Origin: a virus
IMG/VR virus record: IMGVR_UViG_3300002920_000062
Location: 70,123 to 134,122 of that record
Length of the DNA stretch: 64,000 nucleotides
Strand: one strand, 5' to 3'
Both the position numbers and the translations under genes were made by a program. The notes beneath the pieces are model-generated. The model was given only the letters and a program-made list of their open reading frames with translations. It was not told the origin of the DNA and did not search any database. Shown one piece after another: positions 59,464-64,000 of this stretch; position 1 is the stretch's first letter, and every line of letters begins with the position of its first letter.

Positions 59464-62403
59464 ATGAGTTACAAAAAGAAATTTCTAAACAAGTCTGGCA
59501 TATCCAGTCCTATCTCTGGTTTCAACAGTAATACTGGTTCATGGAATAATAGCACCAACGATATAAGAGCCAATGCTGATAGTTTTGGTTATAGAAATTA
59601 CATGAACAACCTCCCGGAAGTATACACTGGACACCCAAACAGGGTTGAAAGGTACAATCAGTATGAAATCATGGACCTTGATGCTGAAATTTGCGCCTGC
59701 CTTGATATCATAGCCGAGTTTTCTACCCAAAAAAATGAACATAATAAAACTCCTTTCAAATTTGAATTTAAGGAAGACCCAACCCAACATGAAGTCGAAA
59801 TTCTAACAAAGCAGCTACAACAATGGTGTAAGCTCAATGAATTAGATGTTAGATTGTTCAAGATATTCAGAAACACTATTAAGTATGGCGATCAAGTCTT
59901 TATAAGAGATCCACAAAACTTCAAGTTATACTGGGTAGACATGACCAAAGTTGTTAAGGTTATTGTCAATGAAAGCGAAGGTAAAAAGCCAGAACAGTAT
60001 ATTATCAAGGACATTAATGTAAACTTAGAGAACCTTACTGTCGCTCCCAAGAATAGTAACGACTTTGCAGTGAATCCATCTACAGGATTTGGTGGAACGG
60101 GCGGGGGAACAGGGGCGCCCTACACTGTACCTAACATGCCTAACGCAGCATTATCAGGTAGCAGGTTTACTCTTGGTCAAACTGAAATGGCAATTGATGC
60201 TAAGCATGTCGTCCATCTTTCGTTAACTGAAGGTTTGGACAGATTTTGGCCATTCGGTCAGAGTATTCTTGAAAACATTTTTAAGGTTTATAAGCAAAAA
60301 GAGCTACTTGAAGACGCTATCTTAATCTATCGTGTTCAAAGAGCACCAGAACGTAGGTTATTCAAGATTGACGTTGGTAACATGCCAAGTCACTTGGCTA
60401 TGGCTTTTGTTGAAAGAGTCAAGAATGAAATTCACCAAAAAAGAATACCAAGTGCTATGGGAGGGCAGTCAATTGTTGATGCAACTTACAACCCCTTATG
60501 CTTAGACTTGGACACAATAATACCTTTATTAGACGGGCGAAAATTAACACTTCGGGATATCATTACTGAGTTTGAAGAAGGAAAGGAAAACTGGACGTAT
60601 AGTTGTGATCCTTCTACTGGTAAAGTAGTCCCCGGAGTTATCGACTGGGCAGGAATAACAAGAAAAAACACTGATGTCATACGATTAACATTTGATAACG
60701 GAAAAACTCTTGTTTGTACTCCTGACCATAAAATCCCAGTATTCGGTAAAGGATTTATAGAAGCACAATATTTGACAGAAAATGATAGCCTCATATCATT
60801 TAACACGCGATATAAGCCTATTTCGGGGAATAAAACCATTAAATATCAACAAGTTTGGGATCATGATTGTAAAGAATGGGTATGGACACACCAAATGGTT
60901 GGTGAATTTTTCCGAAACTCAGGAAATAACCAGGAATTCGGTTATTTGTCCGAATATGCTATGACTCCCGAGACAGTCATCCATCATAAAGATCATAATA
61001 GATTTAATAACGATCCTAAAAACCTAATTTACATGGATAAAACAGACTATGTATTGTATCATGAAGAATACTACGATACTACTTCAAAAATATCAGATAC
61101 ATTAAAACAAAATTGGGCTAAATTAACAGAAGAACGAGCACCCCGATTAAGGAATATCCGCGCGGCCCAGCAAAAAGAAGTATGGACGAGACAAAACGAT
61201 AAAGATACAGAGGCACTTGAACAAGCTAATGAAAATTATGAAAAGCGAGTAAAGATAAAAAATCAGAAAATTAATCTAACATTTGAAATGTTGCAAATAG
61301 TGGCTAATTATGTCAAGCAGGGTAACAAGAATAAAAATACCGTGATAAAATTGTGCGATAATGACAAAGTGTTACTTGGTCTAGTCAGGGAAGCTAATTC
61401 AGTTCCGTTAGATTGTAATAATGCTCATTGTAAAACCGATTTTACTAAGTTCGGATGTAGTAAAATAGACAAGCTTATTTCTAAATTTGGATACAAAAAT
61501 TGGAAACATTTTACTAAGGAAATTAGTAATTTTAATCACCGTGTTATAAAAATTGAAAAAGTGAGCAATCGTGATACTGGAACTATTACAATTGACGGCT
61601 ATCATCGTTGGCATGATTATCATACTTTTGCAATAGACTCAGGTATATTTGTCAAAAATTCAACAAACGAAGACTATTTTTTCCCAGTAACTGCCGAGGG
61701 TAGAGGGTCAAGTGTTGAAGTTTTACCGGGTGGTCAAAACCTGGGCGAAATTGATGACTTGAAATACTTTAATAACCGATTAGCAAGAGGTCTAAGAGTC
61801 CCAAGCAGCTACTTACCAACCGGCCCAGATGATTCTACTACGCCGTTGAGTGATGGTAGAGTAGGTACAGCAATGATTCAAGAGTTCCGTTTCAACCAAT
61901 ACTGCGAACGACTACAAAATTATATGGCTATGACACTAGATCAAGAGTTTAAATTATTTCTACGTTTCAGAGGGTTGAACATTGACACTAATCTTTTCCA
62001 GTTGACATTTAATCCACCGCAGAACTTTGCAGCATATCGTCAGAGCGAACTTGACAATGCAAGAGTAAGTACATTTTCAAGCATGGAATCTTATCCTTAT
62101 ATCTCAAAGCGTTTTGCTATGGAGAGGTTCTTGGGCCTTACTGAAGAGGAAATCAAGCGCAATGAAAAGCTTTGGTTAGAAGAAAACAAAGAATATATCA
62201 AGTCAGGCCCATCTGGAAGCGACTTGAGAAATATAGGAATATCACCGGGAGACTTCCAAGCTGATATGAACTTGTCAAGTGAGCTAGGAGATATGGAATT
62301 AGGGGCTGAAGGCAGTGAGAATTTTGATGTTGCTGGTCCAGTTGCAGATGCGACAACTGCAACACCGGATGATATCCCCCCTGGTATAAATACTAATAAT
62401 TAA
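59464..62403 (+). CDS. gp20: Portal protein, gp20-like, intein-containing
   Basis: LLEDAILIYRVQRAPERRLFKIDVGNMP, EDYFFP, LPGGQNLGEIDDLKYF..L.VPSSYL. Confidence 0.95.
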   Translation: MSYKKKFLNKSGISSPISGFNSNTGSWNNSTNDIRANADSFGYRNYMNNLPEVYTGHPNRVERYNQYEIMDLDAEICACLDIIAEFSTQKNEHNKTPFKFEFKEDPTQHEVEILTKQLQQWCKLNELDVRLFKIFRNTIKYGDQVFIRDPQNFKLYWVDMTKVVKVIVNESEGKKPEQYIIKDINVNLENLTVAPKNSNDFAVNPSTGFGGTGGGTGAPYTVPNMPNAALSGSRFTLGQTEMAIDAKHVVHLSLTEGLDRFWPFGQSILENIFKVYKQKELLEDAILIYRVQRAPERRLFKIDVGNMPSHLAMAFVERVKNEIHQKRIPSAMGGQSIVDATYNPLCLDLDTIIPLLDGRKLTLRDIITEFEEGKENWTYSCDPSTGKVVPGVIDWAGITRKNTDVIRLTFDNGKTLVCTPDHKIPVFGKGFIEAQYLTENDSLISFNTRYKPISGNKTIKYQQVWDHDCKEWVWTHQMVGEFFRNSGNNQEFGYLSEYAMTPETVIHHKDHNRFNNDPKNLIYMDKTDYVLYHEEYYDTTSKISDTLKQNWAKLTEERAPRLRNIRAAQQKEVWTRQNDKDTEALEQANENYEKRVKIKNQKINLTFEMLQIVANYVKQGNKNKNTVIKLCDNDKVLLGLVREANSVPLDCNNAHCKTDFTKFGCSKIDKLISKFGYKNWKHFTKEISNFNHRVIKIEKVSNRDTGTITIDGYHRWHDYHTFAIDSGIFVKNSTNEDYFFPVTAEGRGSSVEVLPGGQNLGEIDDLKYFNNRLARGLRVPSSYLPTGPDDSTTPLSDGRVGTAMIQEFRFNQYCERLQNYMAMTLDQEFKLFLRFRGLNIDTNLFQLTFNPPQNFAAYRQSELDNARVSTFSSMESYPYISKRFAMERFLGLTEEEIKRNEKLWLEENKEYIKSGPSGSDLRNIGISPGDFQADMNLSSELGDMELGAEGSENFDVAGPVADATTATPDDIPPGINTNN
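60499..61659 (+). mobile_element. Intein (387 aa) with HNH endonuclease domain
   Basis: PL/CLDLDT N-terminus, block B VCTPDH, HTFAIDSGIFVKN/S C-terminus, internal VIHHKDHNRFNNDPKNL. Confidence 0.93.
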
Positions 62404-62417
62404 GATAGGTTATTAAT

Positions 62418-62654
62418 ATGCAGTTGAATGAAATGTTCGGTCCTCCCATACAAGGGCTGCAAGACGTTAATTTTGATAACAGTAAACCTACCCTCAAATC
62501 TACTAGAAAATCCAAATTAACACTTAAACAAATACGTAAGTTACGAAGAATGTTAGACGTTAGGCAGTACGAAGAAAGTCAATATTTAAACCAAGTTAGG
62601 TTTCAATATGGACCTAAATCAGAACAAGCCGGCGGTGGAATGCCTGCTTTCTAA
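62418..62654 (+). CDS. Small head-associated protein (78 aa)
   Basis: RKSKLTLKQIRKLRRM..QYG; directly after the portal gene. Confidence 0.75.
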   Translation: MQLNEMFGPPIQGLQDVNFDNSKPTLKSTRKSKLTLKQIRKLRRMLDVRQYEESQYLNQVRFQYGPKSEQAGGGMPAF

Positions 62655-62748
62655 TATAAAATACCAAAAATTGCTGCTTATTACGCATATTTCCTGATTA
62701 ATGTATAAGTACTATACACAAAGCCATTAATTTCAGGAGATAATATTT

Positions 62749-63600
62749 ATGGACAGCAAGAAATATGAAAAGTTGATGAATTATGTAATCAACGAAGATA
62801 CCGAAAAGGCAAAGGAACTATTCCACCAAATCGTTGTTGAAACTTCAAGAGAAATCTATGAGTCAATCATGGCTGAAGACGAAGACGAAATGGGCGGCAA
62901 AGTTGGTGATCTTTTAGATGAAATCAATGCCGAAGAATCTGGTATGATGGGAGACGAAGACGATTACGATACAGATTTTGATGATGAATATGATATGGAT
63001 GACGAAGACGAAGACGATGATATGGACTTCGAATTCGGTGACATAGAAGATGAAGAACTTGACAGCATTGAAGATAATGATGAACACGAAGAAACCTTAA
63101 TCAGAATTGAAGACAAGCTTGATGAGCTAATTGCTGAATTTGACCGCATCAATGACGAAGACGAAGATGATGAAGACGAAGACGAAGATATAGACTTCGA
63201 TGATGAAGACGAAGACGAAGATATAGACTTCGATGATGAAGACGATGAAGACGATGAAGACGAAACAGATGAAGTTATGGAGGCGGTTGAACTTCAGAAA
63301 GTTTCAGTAACTCACGGTGATCACGGCGCAAACAGGAAAAGCCCTTTCCCCGCAAACTCGGGAAAGAAGGGTATGGAAGCAGACGTTGTGAAGTTCTCGG
63401 GTTACTCTGAACCAGTACCAACAGGTCCTAAGGCCCCAAGCAACTTCTACACTAAGGGTAATAAAGAACTACCTGGCGCAGGTCAATTCAAAAATGCCCC
63501 AGGTCATAAAAAGGCAGAACTAGTTCCAGTAGCAAAGTTAAACAAGAGTCCGGTAGCTGAGTCTCGTAGAACAAGATCGGCCTTTAAGCGCAAGATATGA
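62749..63600 (+). CDS. Highly acidic prohead core/scaffold-like protein
   Basis: Asp/Glu-rich centre; between portal and protease; contains a 33-bp tandem duplication at 63166-63231. Confidence 0.7.
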   Translation: MDSKKYEKLMNYVINEDTEKAKELFHQIVVETSREIYESIMAEDEDEMGGKVGDLLDEINAEESGMMGDEDDYDTDFDDEYDMDDEDEDDDMDFEFGDIEDEELDSIEDNDEHEETLIRIEDKLDELIAEFDRINDEDEDDEDEDEDIDFDDEDEDEDIDFDDEDDEDDEDETDEVMEAVELQKVSVTHGDHGANRKSPFPANSGKKGMEADVVKFSGYSEPVPTGPKAPSNFYTKGNKELPGAGQFKNAPGHKKAELVPVAKLNKSPVAESRRTRSAFKRKI

Positions 63601-63619
63601 TAAGGAGATAACTGAGGTA

Positions 63620-63748
63620 ATGGCTTTGTATCTCAGTGATAATTTGGTAATAAGTAAATCCAAATTATCATCATGTGTGAAAAAAACACACAAAACTGCA
63701 AGTGGGCTTAAAAACCCACTTGCAGATATTACATGGAGAGTATTGTGA
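63620..63748 (+). CDS. 42-aa ORF starting MALYLSDNL, possible vestigial protease 5' end
   Basis: AGGAG/GAGG RBS upstream; stop overlaps the GTG of the next gene (GTGA). Confidence 0.45.
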   Translation: MALYLSDNLVISKSKLSSCVKKTHKTASGLKNPLADITWRVL

Positions 63749-64000
63749 TTGTAGAAAAGAAAATTTTACGTGAATTTCTATCACCAGTAGCCTCCAAGAC
63801 TGTGGTTGAATCTGTCGATAGTGACAACGGTAAGAAACTGTATATGTCCGGTATTTTTATCCAAGGTGATATAAAAAATGCTAACGAAAGAATTTACCCA
63901 GTAAATGAGATTAAAAAAGCTGTTTCAACTCTTAATGATCAAATAGCTAATGGATATTCAGTATTGGGTGAAGTAGATCACCCTGATGACTTAAAGATTA
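63745..64000 (+). CDS. gp21: Prohead protease, gp21-like (partial, continues past window end)
   Basis: Hand translation: LYMSGIFIQGDIKNANERIYPVNEI..LGEVDHP; GGAG RBS before GTG 63745. Confidence 0.92.
   Translation, partial: MIVEKKILREFLSPVASKTVVESVDSDNGKKLYMSGIFIQGDIKNANERIYPVNEIKKAVSTLNDQIANGYSVLGEVDHPDDLKI

Noticed and set aside
63166-63243. 33-bp tandem duplication as a regulatory repeat
   Set aside because: In-frame slippage in a low-complexity Asp/Glu tract; ordinary.
1-64000. Alternative genetic code (stop reassignment)
   Set aside because: Standard code gives full-length, tightly packed genes, including a 19.4 kb ORF.

Overview
This is a 64 kb segment of a large T4-like (jumbo-type) myophage genome. 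From 1 to 46.2 kb the genes are on the minus strand: thyA (runs off the window edge), DHFR, small hypotheticals, a MoxR ATPase/vWA module, a nucleotidyltransferase multidomain protein, a tmRNA, tail fibres and a baseplate cluster with a 6470-aa wedge-like protein. From 46.3 kb the genes are mostly on the plus strand: late sigma factor, gp47/gp46 nuclease, Holliday-junction-resolvase-like gene, a ~1.2 kb non-coding element, a gp26-like chaperone (minus strand), tape-measure-like protein, portal, scaffold-like protein and prohead protease. Several notable features are absent from, or not explained by, the ORF track. (1) A 279-codon stretch carrying an HNH-family endonuclease sits in frame inside thyA with no intein or intron signature. 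(2) There is a circularly permuted two-piece tmRNA with tag ANDNDIVEYALAA, suggesting an alphaproteobacterial host. (3) A canonical -1 frameshift signal extends the gp26-like chaperone. (4) A 13-bp x9 tandem array is followed by ~550 nt of densely structured non-coding sequence and a degenerate copy of part of the baseplate gene. (5) A chimeric vWA/MoxR gene has four frame-preserving junctions. (6) The portal gene carries an HNH intein. All calls were made by eye from motifs; no database searches or folding programs were run.
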